NCBI GenBank assembly: GCA_963668645.2
Contig: CAXXWC010000001.1
Coordinates: 320,001 to 384,000, forward strand
Origin: Desulfobacterales bacterium
GTDB taxonomy: Bacteria; Desulfobacterota; Desulfobacteria; Desulfobacterales; UBA2174
Length of the DNA: 64,000 nucleotides
Reading direction: 5' to 3'
Shown: one piece after another, positions 30,499-41,264 of the stretch
Layout: the number at the start of each line of letters is the position of its first letter
Numbering within the stretch: the first letter of the stretch is position 1
Program-made: the position numbers and the translations under genes
Notes under the pieces: model-generated
The model's database searches: none
Seen by the model: only the letters and a program-made list of their open reading frames with translations
Told to the model about the DNA's origin: nothing

Positions 30499-31392
30499 AT
30501 GAACACCCTGACCGCCCCCATATCCACCGGCCCCCTGCTCGGCGCCCATTTTTCCGTCGCCGGGGGCCTGGTGCGGGCCCTGGAGACGGCCGCGGCCTAC
30601 GGCTGTCCGGTGGTCCAGCTCTTTACCAAGAACGCCGCCACCTGGAAGGAGCGCGAGATCCTGCCGCAGGAGGCCGAAACGTTTCGCAGCCGTCGCAAGG
30701 CCCTGGGGATCAGCTACGTTGCCGCCCACTCGGCCTACCTGATCAACCTTGCGGCCGCCGACCGCTCGAAACGTCGTCAAAGCATAGCGGCCCTAAAAAA
30801 TGAGCTGCTGCGCGCCCAGGCCCTGGGGCTGGACGGGGTGGTGCTCCACCCGGGAAGCCACATGGGAACCGGAGCGGCCCAGGGAATCCGGCACATTCAG
30901 GAAGGAATCGACCGGGTCCTGGGCGCCCTGCCCCGTGACGGCTGCCGCCTCTTGCTGGAAACCACCGCCGGTCAGGGCAGCGGGATCGGCCATACCTTCG
31001 AGGAACTGGCCTGCATCCGAGACGGCATCGCAGCCCCCGGGCGAATCGGCTTCTGCCTGGACACGGCCCATGTCTTTGCCGCCGGCTACGACCTGAGGGA
31101 CGCGCCGGCCCTCAAAGAGACCCTGACGGCCTTTGACGCCGTTCTGGGTTTGAATGACCTCGACCTGATCCACCTCAACGATTCACTCAAACCTCTCGGT
31201 TCGCGGGTAGACCGGCACGCCAACATCGGCCGGGGCCATATCGGTGCCGAGGCCTTCGGCCGCATCATGTGCCACCCGCACCTGGCCACGATCCCCAAGA
31301 TTATCGAAACCCCCAAGGCCGACCCGGAAGGCCGGGACATGGACCGGATCAACCTGGCGCTGCTGCGGTCCTTTTGCACCCCGCCGCGGTAA
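30499..31392 (+). CDS. nfo: Endonuclease IV
   Basis: GAHFSVAGG, HSAYLINLA, LETTAGQG, CLDTAH, HLNDS..DRHANIG, ETP. Confidence 0.95.
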   Translation: MNTLTAPISTGPLLGAHFSVAGGLVRALETAAAYGCPVVQLFTKNAATWKEREILPQEAETFRSRRKALGISYVAAHSAYLINLAAADRSKRRQSIAALKNELLRAQALGLDGVVLHPGSHMGTGAAQGIRHIQEGIDRVLGALPRDGCRLLLETTAGQGSGIGHTFEELACIRDGIAAPGRIGFCLDTAHVFAAGYDLRDAPALKETLTAFDAVLGLNDLDLIHLNDSLKPLGSRVDRHANIGRGHIGAEAFGRIMCHPHLATIPKIIETPKADPEGRDMDRINLALLRSFCTPPR

Positions 31393-31402
31393 ACCCGGCC
31401 AG

Positions 31403-33433
31403 TCAATCCTCGAAAAGCTTCAACTGGCCGTCGCGCTCCGGTTTGGCTTTCTCCTCGACCATCTCGGCCGCAGCAGGTGCCGTGGTCTGCGGGCCGGTTT
31501 CAGGGGCTTTCAGGGCCGGGCACGCCAGTCCGTCTTCGGCCTGCAGGTCCGCGATGGGATGGATAAATCCGTGTTCGTCTTCTGCAAATTGGAAAAAACG
31601 GGTGATGTGGGGGGCGCAAAAGCGCTCATCGTCGTGGAACAGATCGAGGGCCGAACGGATCTTCTGGGCCTTTTGGGCCACGGTGGTTTTCTTGACGCCG
31701 AACCAGCGGCACAGTTCGTCGCCGCTGAGGTGGTTGGGGGTTTCCACGGAAAAAAGGAAGTTGAGCTGGGCGATGGCATAAACCATGGCCGCGGCCCAGA
31801 TCTCGGTGCGGCCTCGGTTCAGATTCAGCTCGGCGCATGATGCCGCCGCATGGCAAAGAGCCAGGGTGTATCCGGTGTACGTCTCGTTGAGCCTTTGCTC
31901 GCCAAAGGCGGCCACGAGGGCTTTGATTCGATCGAACGGTTCGGTTTCCCCGCCAGTGCCGCCTTCACCCGGTGTCGGGCCCAACCCGAGGCGGCGGCGC
32001 ACATCGGCGATAATCTCGCCTTCAATTTCCAGGCGCACCGGATCCTGGGCGGCCGCTTTTTCTGCATCGCGCAGCAGGGCTTCCACCGCCTCACGGCCGT
32101 CGCGCCTGCACACGGCCTGGCGCGGGGTTGCACCGCCCAGGGCCGGTAAGCGCTCATTTACCCATTCCTTCCAATGAACCCGGATTATTTCGTATAAGTG
32201 CCGATGGATTTCAGGGTCGTTGCGAACTTGCGCCTCGGCCCCGGAAAGTCCTTGCTCGGGCTCCAAGGCACCCGATTTTCCCAGCATGGCCCCGGGTTGG
32301 CTGATCTCGTCAAGTCGCAGCTGCGCCCCGTCCCCGAGGCGTTTTTCGATCTCGGTCTTGACGGCCGCGGCGCGCGCCGCCGAGTTGACCGATATCGTCA
32401 TCCGGCCATCCTCGATCTCGATGTGGGCCAGGACCGTGGCCCCCATCGCCTTGCCGGGCCCCTTCCTGGGCACCCGATTCCAATCGAACACCGCCGTGAC
32501 GATGCGGCCGTCCTGGTCCTTGGCAGCCGCTTCACGCAGTTTCTTGAGGGGGGTCGAGCGGCACAGGGAGGCGAGCCGGTCGACCGCCTCGTCGGCCGAG
32601 GCGATGTCATAGATCAAACGGTGAAATTCCAGGGGATCGCCGTCGCTGTTCTCAAGCTGCGGAGGACTGAAAAGGACCTGATCGATCTGGAAAAAAAACT
32701 GGCGGATCTCCAAATCGAATTCGTAGAGCAGATCCGGGGTGGCCTCCTGCCCCCCGCGGGTAATAAACTGCCGGAACTGCATGATTTGCGGCTTGATGCC
32801 CGGAGGGATGATAAAAGCGCTCAGACCGAGGAACATGCCGGTTCCGTCCACCGTGACCGCCCGGCCGAAAAGGATGTCTCCCGGCGCCATCGTCTGGGAG
32901 CCGGTATGCTCCTCTACGGTCGTTTCGGACCCGATCAGCAGATCGCGCACCGTCACGGAGCGTCCCGGCTGGACCGCCAGCACTTCCAAAAAACTGTACT
33001 GCGCGCGGTTGACCTGACTTATCAAACGGCCTTCCGGCGACTGGGAATCCACCTTGCCGGTGGCCAGAAACAGCTCGGCGATGGTGGTCTCTTCGGGCCC
33101 ATCGAGCAGCTTCTTTTCATCCTCGATGCGGCTGTACTCCCAGTTAAAGACGAACCACGGCCAGAATAGGAGCTCGGCCCGCTCGATGCCGGCCTCATCC
33201 GGCGGCTCACCTTCCTCGGGCCAACCCAAAAACTCGCCCATGGCCAGATCCGGCGCTGCTTTTCCGAAAATCGAAACCCCGTGTTCGACCAGCAGCGGCA
33301 CGACCTTGTCAAAAGCTCGCGAAAAACGCCGGTAGGCCAGGGTTTCCGGTGCACGGGTATCCTTGTCAAGGCAACAGTGCTTGTACTTTTTGCCACTGCC
33401 GCAGGGGCACGGATCGTTGCGGCCGACTTTCAT
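31403..33433 (-). CDS. SEC-C motif protein with an internal Xre/MbcA/ParS-C-like segment and a C-terminal DUF6398-like domain
   Basis: Likely start [21 protein letters not shown] at 33433; [51 protein letters not shown]. Confidence 0.7.
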   Translation of the reverse strand: MKVGRNDPCPCGSGKKYKHCCLDKDTRAPETLAYRRFSRAFDKVVPLLVEHGVSIFGKAAPDLAMGEFLGWPEEGEPPDEAGIERAELLFWPWFVFNWEYSRIEDEKKLLDGPEETTIAELFLATGKVDSQSPEGRLISQVNRAQYSFLEVLAVQPGRSVTVRDLLIGSETTVEEHTGSQTMAPGDILFGRAVTVDGTGMFLGLSAFIIPPGIKPQIMQFRQFITRGGQEATPDLLYEFDLEIRQFFFQIDQVLFSPPQLENSDGDPLEFHRLIYDIASADEAVDRLASLCRSTPLKKLREAAAKDQDGRIVTAVFDWNRVPRKGPGKAMGATVLAHIEIEDGRMTISVNSAARAAAVKTEIEKRLGDGAQLRLDEISQPGAMLGKSGALEPEQGLSGAEAQVRNDPEIHRHLYEIIRVHWKEWVNERLPALGGATPRQAVCRRDGREAVEALLRDAEKAAAQDPVRLEIEGEIIADVRRRLGLGPTPGEGGTGGETEPFDRIKALVAAFGEQRLNETYTGYTLALCHAAASCAELNLNRGRTEIWAAAMVYAIAQLNFLFSVETPNHLSGDELCRWFGVKKTTVAQKAQKIRSALDLFHDDERFCAPHITRFFQFAEDEHGFIHPIADLQAEDGLACPALKAPETGPQTTAPAAAEMVEEKAKPERDGQLKLFED

Positions 33434-34134
33434 GTGATCCCTCCGGAGCGAACGAGGTTGAAATTCAGGCATATCCTTACATGATGGCAGGCCACAGGAC
33501 AAGAGGCTCGCATCGGGCAAAAGGCAAGGAGGCATCGCGACCGCCGTCAGCCTCTTCGCCGTCCCTGGCGGCTCGGGTGCGCAGACTCGGCCACAAGGTG
33601 TGTAGGCAGTGACACTGGATCCGGCCATTTTTACACAATGGCATGGTTTATCGACATTATTCAACGCGATCGAAAAACGGGCAAAAACCACCTTGTCACG
33701 TCAACGCACCCTAAATCTTCGGACAGTCTAGGCCTCTCGCTTTGCCGGGACCGCCCCTGCGGCCGCCGACTGGCTTAACGCATTGAACTGTAGCTTTAAA
33801 AAAACGTCTAAATCATTATGATTACGGTTACCTGTAGCCTGATTTTTCGGGCGCGCTCCAGGATTATTCCCGGGTCGCCGTTTTTAACCCGAAGATCCGC
33901 CTTTTTTCCGCCCTTTTGGGGAGATTGCCAAATCGCGGATTCATTGAGCATTGCGGCTTCGGCATATCGGTACTTAACAAGCTCTCCGAAATCAATTTAT
34001 TTTGATATGCAAAAAATCATTTCGCTATTCGAAATATACAGGTTCGCCATGAGATCCAGACAATTCATCCAGCCCATAGAAAAGGAAGTGGTCAACTGGG
34101 ACATCAACGTCGGTGTTCAGAAACGGCCAGGTCG

Positions 34135-34965
34135 AAAGCGCTTTCGGCATTTCCTATGCCGTCAACCGCGCCGGTGAAAAGGAAGCGGTTTTTCCCACGT
34201 CGCCAGCACCGGCAACGAGATGGATCTGGATGCGGCCGATTTCATGGGCTTCATGCCGGATGATGAACAGACACGGATGGTGTTTGCCTACCTGGAGGCG
34301 GTCCGTGACGGTGCAAAATTCATCCGCCTGGCGGACAAGGCGCTTCGGGCGGGCAAACCGCTGGTGGTGCTGAAAGTCGGCAGGTCCTGGACCGGCAGCC
34401 TGGCGGCGGCGTCCCACACTGCGGTCCTGACAGGCTCGGACGAAGTCTGCGATGCCTTTTCCGCCAGAAAGGCGTGATCCGGGTCGACGATATCGAAGGA
34501 TTCATCGATCTGGCAACCGCGATGAGAGGAAACACCTCTATACCCAGGGGCCGCGGTTTGGGCATCGAGAGCATTTCCGGCGGCGGCGTGCTGTGCGCCG
34601 ACACGGCCGAGGCTTGCAGTCTCGGCGTAACAAGCCTGAAACCCAAGACCAGCGCCGTAATCGCCGAGAACATCCCCTCTTTCGGCTCCCCGGACGACCC
34701 GGTGGATGTCACGGCCCAGACCATCAACACGGCGGACGGTTTTGCCAACGTGATCCAGGCCATGCTGGCCGATCCCGGCGTGCACGGACTGGTGGTGGCC
34801 ACCATGATCGTCGGCAAACCGGGGCTGCGTACGGCAAAAGACATAGTCCGCCTCGACCAGGCGTCCGCCAAGTCGATCACAGTCGCCTGGACCGCCGGCC
34901 CCCGGTTGGATCAGCTTGATATCAACCCATTGATCGTCCTACCGCAAGGCCAAGGGGTCAAGGTG
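34135..34965 (+). pseudogene. Decayed ADP-forming acyl-CoA synthetase (acetate-CoA ligase family)
   Basis: Fragments STGNEMDL, LKVGRS, AAASHTA, SGGG, PVDVT in shifting frames (about 34190 and 34460); N-terminus missing; jumps to the C-terminal LDINPL motif. Confidence 0.8.
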
Positions 34966-35105
34966 ACGGTGCCCGAAGATCCTCAAGACGGATCGCTGCC
35001 ATCGCATAGACGTATAATTGAAACGATGATTGAAGGCGTTATTTCAGTTATTAAACCATGCATTATATTGCTTTATCATAAGTTATTTCAGCACTATATG
35101 TTCTT

Positions 35106-35117
35106 ACAATATATTGT
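35106..35117. promoter_or_regulatory. Perfect palindrome ACAATATATTGT in the AT-rich promoter region of the GntR gene, possible operator
   Basis: Palindrome abutting TTGACA upstream of the GntR gene. Confidence 0.35.
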
Positions 35118-35229
35118 TGACATATTTTAATTATATCTGTTAAATAGTGAAAAAATATTTTGATTATCCATTTTTCAAGCCATCAAGGCGGTGCAAAAAT
35201 CGGATCCAGCCCACCCACTGGAGGAGCCT

Positions 35230-36006
35230 ATGCCGGTACGTGGCAACAGCAAACAACGCTTGGGGGAAAAAGCCTATCAACAGATTCGTGAACGGATTAT
35301 CACCACCCGGTTACGCCCCGGCGAACAGATCGACGAAGGGGCGCTTGAGCAACAGCTCTCTATCGGGCGCACCCCAATCCGCGAGGCATTGCAGCGCCTT
35401 GCCGGCGAACGACTCCTCGAATCAGTGCCCGGCCGGGGCTTTTTCGTCAGGCCCATCAGCATCGATGACGTAAAAAGTCTTTTCGAAGCGCTCACCACCA
35501 TGGAACGTATCGCCGCCCACCTGGCGGCCCAGCGCATCGGAAAGGATCAGCTCAAACGCCTGGCCGAGGTCAGCGACCGGCACAAGGCCGCCATGGCGCG
35601 CCAGGACTTCTTCAAGGTCACCTTGTTCAACAGTGAATTTCATCACATCTTCTACGCGGCCACAGGCAACATCTTTTTACAAACGGCCCTTGAAGGCATC
35701 TATCACCAAGCCGATCGGCTCGGTTTTCTAACCTACACCAAGGAGGCCCATCCCCAAGGGATGGAAGTCTTCAACCAGAAGGCCGTCGAAGACCACGAAA
35801 GTCTGATCGAATGCTTCACGGTCGGTGACGCCGCGCAGGCCGTAAAGATCATCACGGATCACTGTCGGCGTTTTTTCCTGAGAATCTGCTACTACATGGA
35901 ACCGAAGGTCCACCCGATAGAAACCTTTCTCGACGACGATTTGTCGATGAATAAGGTCGACCCCGAACGGAATGGCATGCCTTCGAATCCGGAGGTGAAA
36001 CGATGA
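35230..36006 (+). CDS. GntR-family regulator (FCD domain)
   Basis: LRPGEQIDE..SIGRTPIREAL; NSEFH, EDH motifs; GAGGAG RBS. Confidence 0.92.
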   Translation: MPVRGNSKQRLGEKAYQQIRERIITTRLRPGEQIDEGALEQQLSIGRTPIREALQRLAGERLLESVPGRGFFVRPISIDDVKSLFEALTTMERIAAHLAAQRIGKDQLKRLAEVSDRHKAAMARQDFFKVTLFNSEFHHIFYAATGNIFLQTALEGIYHQADRLGFLTYTKEAHPQGMEVFNQKAVEDHESLIECFTVGDAAQAVKIITDHCRRFFLRICYYMEPKVHPIETFLDDDLSMNKVDPERNGMPSNPEVKR

Positions 36007-37238
36007 ACACGACCGTTTTGACCAACGTTACCATCATCGACGGCACCGGTGCCGATCCACTGGAAAACGCCACCCTCGTGATCGAAAACTCACGGATCAG
36101 GGAGGTGTACCAGGGGTTGGCCGGAGTGCTGCCTGCCGGGACCTGCGTGATCGATGGCCGCGGCCAGTATCTGATGCCGGGATTGATCGACGGCCACGTT
36201 CACACCGGGTCGATTGAGTCGAGCATCGGCGAGCAGCACCGCCGCTGCCTGCCGTCCTATACCTTGCTGCGCAGCTTGAAGGTCATCCGCGAAACCCTAG
36301 ATCAGGGGTTTACCAGTGTACGCGACTGCGGCGGGGCCGACGCCGGGCTACGCCAGGCCTTGGTCGAGGGAATCGTCGACGGACCGCGGCTTTTCATATC
36401 CGGCCGGGTCCTGTCGCAGACCGGAGGGCATGGTGATTTCCGTCTGGCCGCCGAAATGTACACACCGCTGGAAGGCGTCTGCGGCGTAGCCTGTGGAATC
36501 TATGACGGGGTCGACGCCGTGCGCCGTGCAGCTCGCGAGCAGCTGCGCCAGGGGGTCGACTTCATCAAGTTAATGGCCGGCGGCGGTTGCGCCTCGCCAG
36601 CCGACGAAATCACCAGTTCCCAATACTCGCCCGAAGAACTCCGGGCCGCGGTCTTCGAGGCTGAATCGACCGGCAAATATGTAGCAGCCCACTGCTACGC
36701 CGATCGCAGCATCATTCTGTGCGCCGAAGCCGGTGTGCGCACCATTGAGCATGGCAACCTGATGACCGAGGTCGGGGCCGAGGCCATGAGACGGGCTGGT
36801 GCCTACCTCGTGCCGACCCTGGTGACGTACGAAGTCATGGCGCGCGACGGTGAAAAATACGGACTGGCCGATTTCCAGCGACGCAAGACGGCCATCGCCC
36901 TGGAGCGCGGTGCCGAAGCCGTGGCCCTGGCCCAACGCAAGGGCATCCCGATAGGCTCTGGCAGCGATCTTCTCGGCCCGATGCAGATCCACAAGGGCGA
37001 GCAGCTGGCCCTGCTGGCGCGGGTACTGGGACCGATGGGCGCCATCGTGGCAACGACCCGCACCAACGCCGAGATCATCGGCCAGCAGGATCATCTGGGG
37101 ACCATCGCTCCAGGCAAACTGGCCGACCTGATCCTGGTCAACCGCGACCCGCTGGCAGACATGACCGTATTCCAAAACTACCGGGAAAACATCACCCTGA
37201 TCGTGCAAGGCGGCAGGATCTACAAAAACATACTGTAG
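36003..37238 (+). CDS. Metal-dependent amidohydrolase (prolidase-like subgroup)
   Basis: MPGLIDGHVH, SQTGGHGD, IKLMAGGG, AAHC, IEHG, GSD, GKLADL. Confidence 0.9.
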   Translation: MNTTVLTNVTIIDGTGADPLENATLVIENSRIREVYQGLAGVLPAGTCVIDGRGQYLMPGLIDGHVHTGSIESSIGEQHRRCLPSYTLLRSLKVIRETLDQGFTSVRDCGGADAGLRQALVEGIVDGPRLFISGRVLSQTGGHGDFRLAAEMYTPLEGVCGVACGIYDGVDAVRRAAREQLRQGVDFIKLMAGGGCASPADEITSSQYSPEELRAAVFEAESTGKYVAAHCYADRSIILCAEAGVRTIEHGNLMTEVGAEAMRRAGAYLVPTLVTYEVMARDGEKYGLADFQRRKTAIALERGAEAVALAQRKGIPIGSGSDLLGPMQIHKGEQLALLARVLGPMGAIVATTRTNAEIIGQQDHLGTIAPGKLADLILVNRDPLADMTVFQNYRENITLIVQGGRIYKNIL

Positions 37239-37295
37239 CGCGGCCGCATTAAAAGACGTGCTGGAAGGTTGATCCTACAACGACAGGAGGAAAGC

Positions 37296-38438
37296 ATGAA
37301 AACGCGTAGTCGGGTATTGGTGGCATTTGTGGTCGCGGCGGCCTGTTGCCTTGGACTGACCGTATCGTCAGCCCTGGCCAAGGAGTTCATCGCCAACACC
37401 TTCTTTCCGGACAAGCATCCGCTGGCCAAGTACTGCTATATCCAATGGGCCAAAGACCTGGAAAAAGCCTCTGGCGGCAAGCTCAAGGCCAAGGTCTTCA
37501 CCGGCACCGTTCTGCTCGAACCGCGCGCCAATCTGAGCGGCGTGCGCGACGGCGTGGCCCAGGTGGCCTACCAGGCGGCCATGTACACTCCGGCAGACCT
37601 GCCACTGGCCAACGCCTTGCAGGAGACCGGTTTCGCCTACTCCGATCCGCTGGTGGCCATGGTGGCGGTGACAGAGTTTTCCATGACCAACCCCCAACAG
37701 CTGGCCGAGTGGAAAAAGGCCGGGATCGTCTACGGCGGCGGCTACTGCACGCCAGGCTACTGCCTGATGTGCACCCAGCCGGTGCGCGACATGAACGAGG
37801 TCAAGGGCAAGAAGCTGCGCACTTCCGGGGCGGCCAACAGCCGCTGGGCCGAATCGGTGGGGGCCGTGCCGGTCAACGTGCCGTCGAGCGAAATGTACAC
37901 CGGCTTGGAAAAGCGCAGCATCGACTGCGCCACCAACGTGGTCAGCGACCTGAAGGACCGCAGCCTCTGGGATGTGGCCAAACACACCACCTTGATTTCT
38001 CTGGGTATGTACTGGGGCGGCCCGAAATGGGGCTGGAATCGCGACTACTGGAACAGCAAGCTGACCGCCGAAGAGCGCCGCATCATCTTCGATGTTACCG
38101 CCCAAGCCATGGCCAACGTTTATGTCGGATACCAAAAAGCCATCGACGAGGCGCTCAATCAAAGCGCCGAGCACAAGGTGAACATCTACGAACCTGGGGC
38201 CGATCTGCTCCAATCGCTCGATCGCTTCAACGAGGCCAACCGCAGCGAAGTGATCAAGATGGTCCGCGAAAAATACAAGATTGAAGATCCCGAACCGCTG
38301 TTGGCAGAGTTCGCGGCGCTTAACAAGAAATGGCACGAACGTTTTGCCCAGATAGATCGCAAGGATGCCATGGCCATCGGTAAAATCATCAAGGAGGAAC
38401 TCTACGACAAGATCGATGCGGCTACTTACGGACGCTAA
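37296..38438 (+). CDS. TRAP solute-binding protein (DctP type)
   Basis: Signal peptide, KGKKLRTSG, EMYTGLE; followed by dctQ/dctM-like genes. Confidence 0.88.
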   Translation: MKTRSRVLVAFVVAAACCLGLTVSSALAKEFIANTFFPDKHPLAKYCYIQWAKDLEKASGGKLKAKVFTGTVLLEPRANLSGVRDGVAQVAYQAAMYTPADLPLANALQETGFAYSDPLVAMVAVTEFSMTNPQQLAEWKKAGIVYGGGYCTPGYCLMCTQPVRDMNEVKGKKLRTSGAANSRWAESVGAVPVNVPSSEMYTGLEKRSIDCATNVVSDLKDRSLWDVAKHTTLISLGMYWGGPKWGWNRDYWNSKLTAEERRIIFDVTAQAMANVYVGYQKAIDEALNQSAEHKVNIYEPGADLLQSLDRFNEANRSEVIKMVREKYKIEDPEPLLAEFAALNKKWHERFAQIDRKDAMAIGKIIKEELYDKIDAATYGR

Positions 38439-38552
38439 TCTCAGCAAGCGTCTGGCCTTTGGGTGGTTAACCACGGGAGAGCTGCGGCGACGGCCGTTCA
38501 GTCCGTCTGGGCCGGAAGCCCATAGACGCCCTCCTTTCGACCCGGGAGCGTT

Positions 38553-39077
38553 GTGATCATGTTTGCTAAATGCGTTACCACCGCCAGCCGTGCCTTCATG
38601 GTTATGGCTGGGGTCTTTCTGGTCCTGATGATGGGGCACGTCACCATCGACGTGGTGGCCAAATACCTGTTCAACGCCCCGATCACGGGCACCGTCGAGA
38701 CCGTCACGTACTACTACATGGTAAGCGTCGTGTTCCTGCCCCTGGCGCTGGTCGAACTGCGCAGCGAACATATCTACGTCGATCTGTTCATCCGCCGGCT
38801 GCCGGCCCGGATTCAGATGCGGATCTACGTCTTTGCCTGTCTGTGCGGCATACTCTATTTCAGCGGCATGGCCTACCAGACCTTTCTGGATGCCGTCCAT
38901 TCCACGGTCCAGCAGGAGACGGTGATGTCCAACTACATATTTTATGTCTGGCCCAGCCGCTGGGCCCTTCCCATCGGCATGGGGGGCATCGTGTTCGCCC
39001 TGGCGGTCAACATCGGCCGGGCCCTTAAGGCCGGCAGGCCCATCGAGGCGGGAAAGGAAGAGGACACGGCGCAATGA
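38553..39077 (+). CDS. TRAP small permease (DctQ)
   Basis: Four TM helices, EHIYVDL. Confidence 0.88.
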   Translation: MIMFAKCVTTASRAFMVMAGVFLVLMMGHVTIDVVAKYLFNAPITGTVETVTYYYMVSVVFLPLALVELRSEHIYVDLFIRRLPARIQMRIYVFACLCGILYFSGMAYQTFLDAVHSTVQQETVMSNYIFYVWPSRWALPIGMGGIVFALAVNIGRALKAGRPIEAGKEEDTAQ

Positions 39078-40384
39078 GTTCAACAATGATCGGCTTAACC
39101 GGCGTGATCCTGACCCTGGTGCTCATCGCTCTGCGGGTGCCTATCGCAGTGGCCATGGGGCTGGTTTCCTTTTTCGGCATCGCGGCACTGACCAGTGCCA
39201 AGGCGGCCTGGGGGATCATCACCGCCACGCCCTTCAACTTCATCGGCAACTGGAGTTTTACCGCAGTACCCGGCTTTCTGATGATGGGCTACATCTGCAC
39301 CACCACCGGCATGACGCGCAACCTGTTCCGGTCGATGCGCATCCTGCTCTCGCGTCTGCCCGGAGGCCTGGCAGTGACCAGCGTAGGGGCCTGCGCCCTG
39401 TTTGCCGCCGCCTCGGGCTCCAGCGTGGCCACGGCCTCGGCCATGGCCCGCATTGCGGTGCCCGAGATGCTGCGCAACCGGTACCATCCGGGCCTGGCCA
39501 GCGGGGTTATCGCCGCATCGGGCACCTTGGGGTCGCTGATTCCACCGAGCGTCTTGATGATCCTCTACGGGGTATATGCCGAGGTGTCCATCGGCAAGCT
39601 GTTCATGGCCGGCTTTCTGCCGGGGATACTCTCGGCGGCCATCTACATGGCGATGATCATCATCCGGGTCAAGCTCAATCCGTCTCTGGCACCGCCGGTT
39701 ACCGAAGCCTACTCGCGCCGGGACGTCTGGGGGGCCATCCACCAGGTTTGGCCCCTGCCGGCCCTGGTAACCTTTGTTCTCGGAGGCATCTTTACCGGTG
39801 TCTTTTCACCCACCGAGGCCGGGGCCATCGGCGCCTTCACCGCCACCCTGATTGCCTTGCTGCGCCGCGCCCTGACCCGCGAAAATTTCTTTCAGGCCCT
39901 GGTCAATACTGCCAGTTCCACCACCAGCATCTTCATCATCCTGGTGGGCACGATGTTCATCACCACCTTTCTGGCCCTCTCCGGTCTGCCGACCTACCTG
40001 GCCGAGGTGATGCTGGGGGTGAGCACCTCCAAGCTGTGGATTCTCTTTGCCGTGGCGGTGCTCTACGTGTTCATGGGGATGTTTGTCGAGACGATCGGAC
40101 TGCTGCTGCTCACCTTGCCGTTGATCCTGCCGGTGGTCAACGGGGCCGAGATGAATCTGATCTGGTTCGGCATCGTGGTGATTAAGCTGCTCGAGGTGGG
40201 TCTGGTAACACCCCCGGTGGGGCTCAACGTCTACGTCATCAAGGGAGCGGTCGGCAACCTGGTGGCCTTGGAAGACGTCTTCCGTGGCGTGCTGTGGTTC
40301 ATCGCAATGGACGTTTTGACGCTGATCATCATCATCGCCTTTCCCTGGTTGTCGCTGTTTTTGCCGAGCATTATGAGCGGCTGA
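39074..40384 (+). CDS. TRAP large permease (DctM)
   Basis: SGSSVATA, GTLGSLIPPS, PTEAG, TPPVGLN. Confidence 0.93.
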   Translation: MSSTMIGLTGVILTLVLIALRVPIAVAMGLVSFFGIAALTSAKAAWGIITATPFNFIGNWSFTAVPGFLMMGYICTTTGMTRNLFRSMRILLSRLPGGLAVTSVGACALFAAASGSSVATASAMARIAVPEMLRNRYHPGLASGVIAASGTLGSLIPPSVLMILYGVYAEVSIGKLFMAGFLPGILSAAIYMAMIIIRVKLNPSLAPPVTEAYSRRDVWGAIHQVWPLPALVTFVLGGIFTGVFSPTEAGAIGAFTATLIALLRRALTRENFFQALVNTASSTTSIFIILVGTMFITTFLALSGLPTYLAEVMLGVSTSKLWILFAVAVLYVFMGMFVETIGLLLLTLPLILPVVNGAEMNLIWFGIVVIKLLEVGLVTPPVGLNVYVIKGAVGNLVALEDVFRGVLWFIAMDVLTLIIIIAFPWLSLFLPSIMSG

Positions 40385-40411
40385 GCACGCATCCGACGGC
40401 TATGGTTGTTG

Positions 40412-40447
40412 CGCCGGCGGCCGCATTGCGGCCGCCGGCGTTTTTTT
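40412..40447 (+). terminator. Intrinsic terminator
   Basis: Perfect stem CGCCGGCGGCCGC-ATT-GCGGCCGCCGGCG followed by T7. Confidence 0.85.
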
Positions 40448-40566
40448 GACCCACCGCGCACCTCTTCCCGCCAGGATCAATCTTCGAAAAACTTCAACTC
40501 GCAATGCGAAATAGAAAAGGCCTGCTCGGAGCGAGGTGTGGCCGGCAACTGATGCGGATATAAGTT

Positions 40567-41226
40567 TTACAAAAAAGAACGGATAAAACGCCGCACCGCC
40601 TCTTTGCCCTTGATCACGCCGAAATGCCCCTCACAGAGAATATCGGCTTCCAAGGCGGCCATCTGCTCAAGGCTGCGGCGGTAGTCGGCGCGGTTGGAGC
40701 GCAGCCTCCGGTCCAACGGCCCGTGGACGTCCTGGCCGAAAAGGACTCGCAGGCCCTCGGACTCGACGAGGTAAACCAACGAGCCGGGAGAGTGTCCGGG
40801 CATGTGCAGGGCTTCGATGAGACGCGAACCGAGCGCGATGGTCCCCCTGGACTGGTCGATCTTTCGGTCCACCGTCACCGGCGTCAGCGATGCCCCATAC
40901 CAGGAAGCGGCACTGATCTCATCGTCGCCGCTCTCCATGACTTCGGCATCCAGACGATGGGCCACCACGGACAGGTTCAGCCGGTTTCTGAGTTCGGCCG
41001 TGCCGCCGGTGTGGTCGTAGTGACAGTGGGTGATGAGCAGCGTTTCGATCCGTTCGGGTTCCACGTTCCAGGAACGCACGTTTTCCATCAGCCGGTCGTT
41101 CCGGCCGCCGCAGCCGGCATCCACCAAGGCCGCACGGTCCTCCCAAGCCAACAGGTATACCGCAGCATCCCGGGGCGAGGTAAGCCCTTCTCCGCCCACC
41201 TGAAAAATTTCATCGGTGATCTGCAT
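40567..41226 (-). CDS. MBL-fold metallo-hydrolase
   Basis: Start MQITDEIFQV; THCHYDHTGG, PGHSPG, GQD, EGH. Confidence 0.9.
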   Translation of the reverse strand: MQITDEIFQVGGEGLTSPRDAAVYLLAWEDRAALVDAGCGGRNDRLMENVRSWNVEPERIETLLITHCHYDHTGGTAELRNRLNLSVVAHRLDAEVMESGDDEISAASWYGASLTPVTVDRKIDQSRGTIALGSRLIEALHMPGHSPGSLVYLVESEGLRVLFGQDVHGPLDRRLRSNRADYRRSLEQMAALEADILCEGHFGVIKGKEAVRRFIRSFL

Positions 41227-41264
41227 CAATGCCCTCCCTCTTTCAATGGCCTCTGCTGCGGCGC

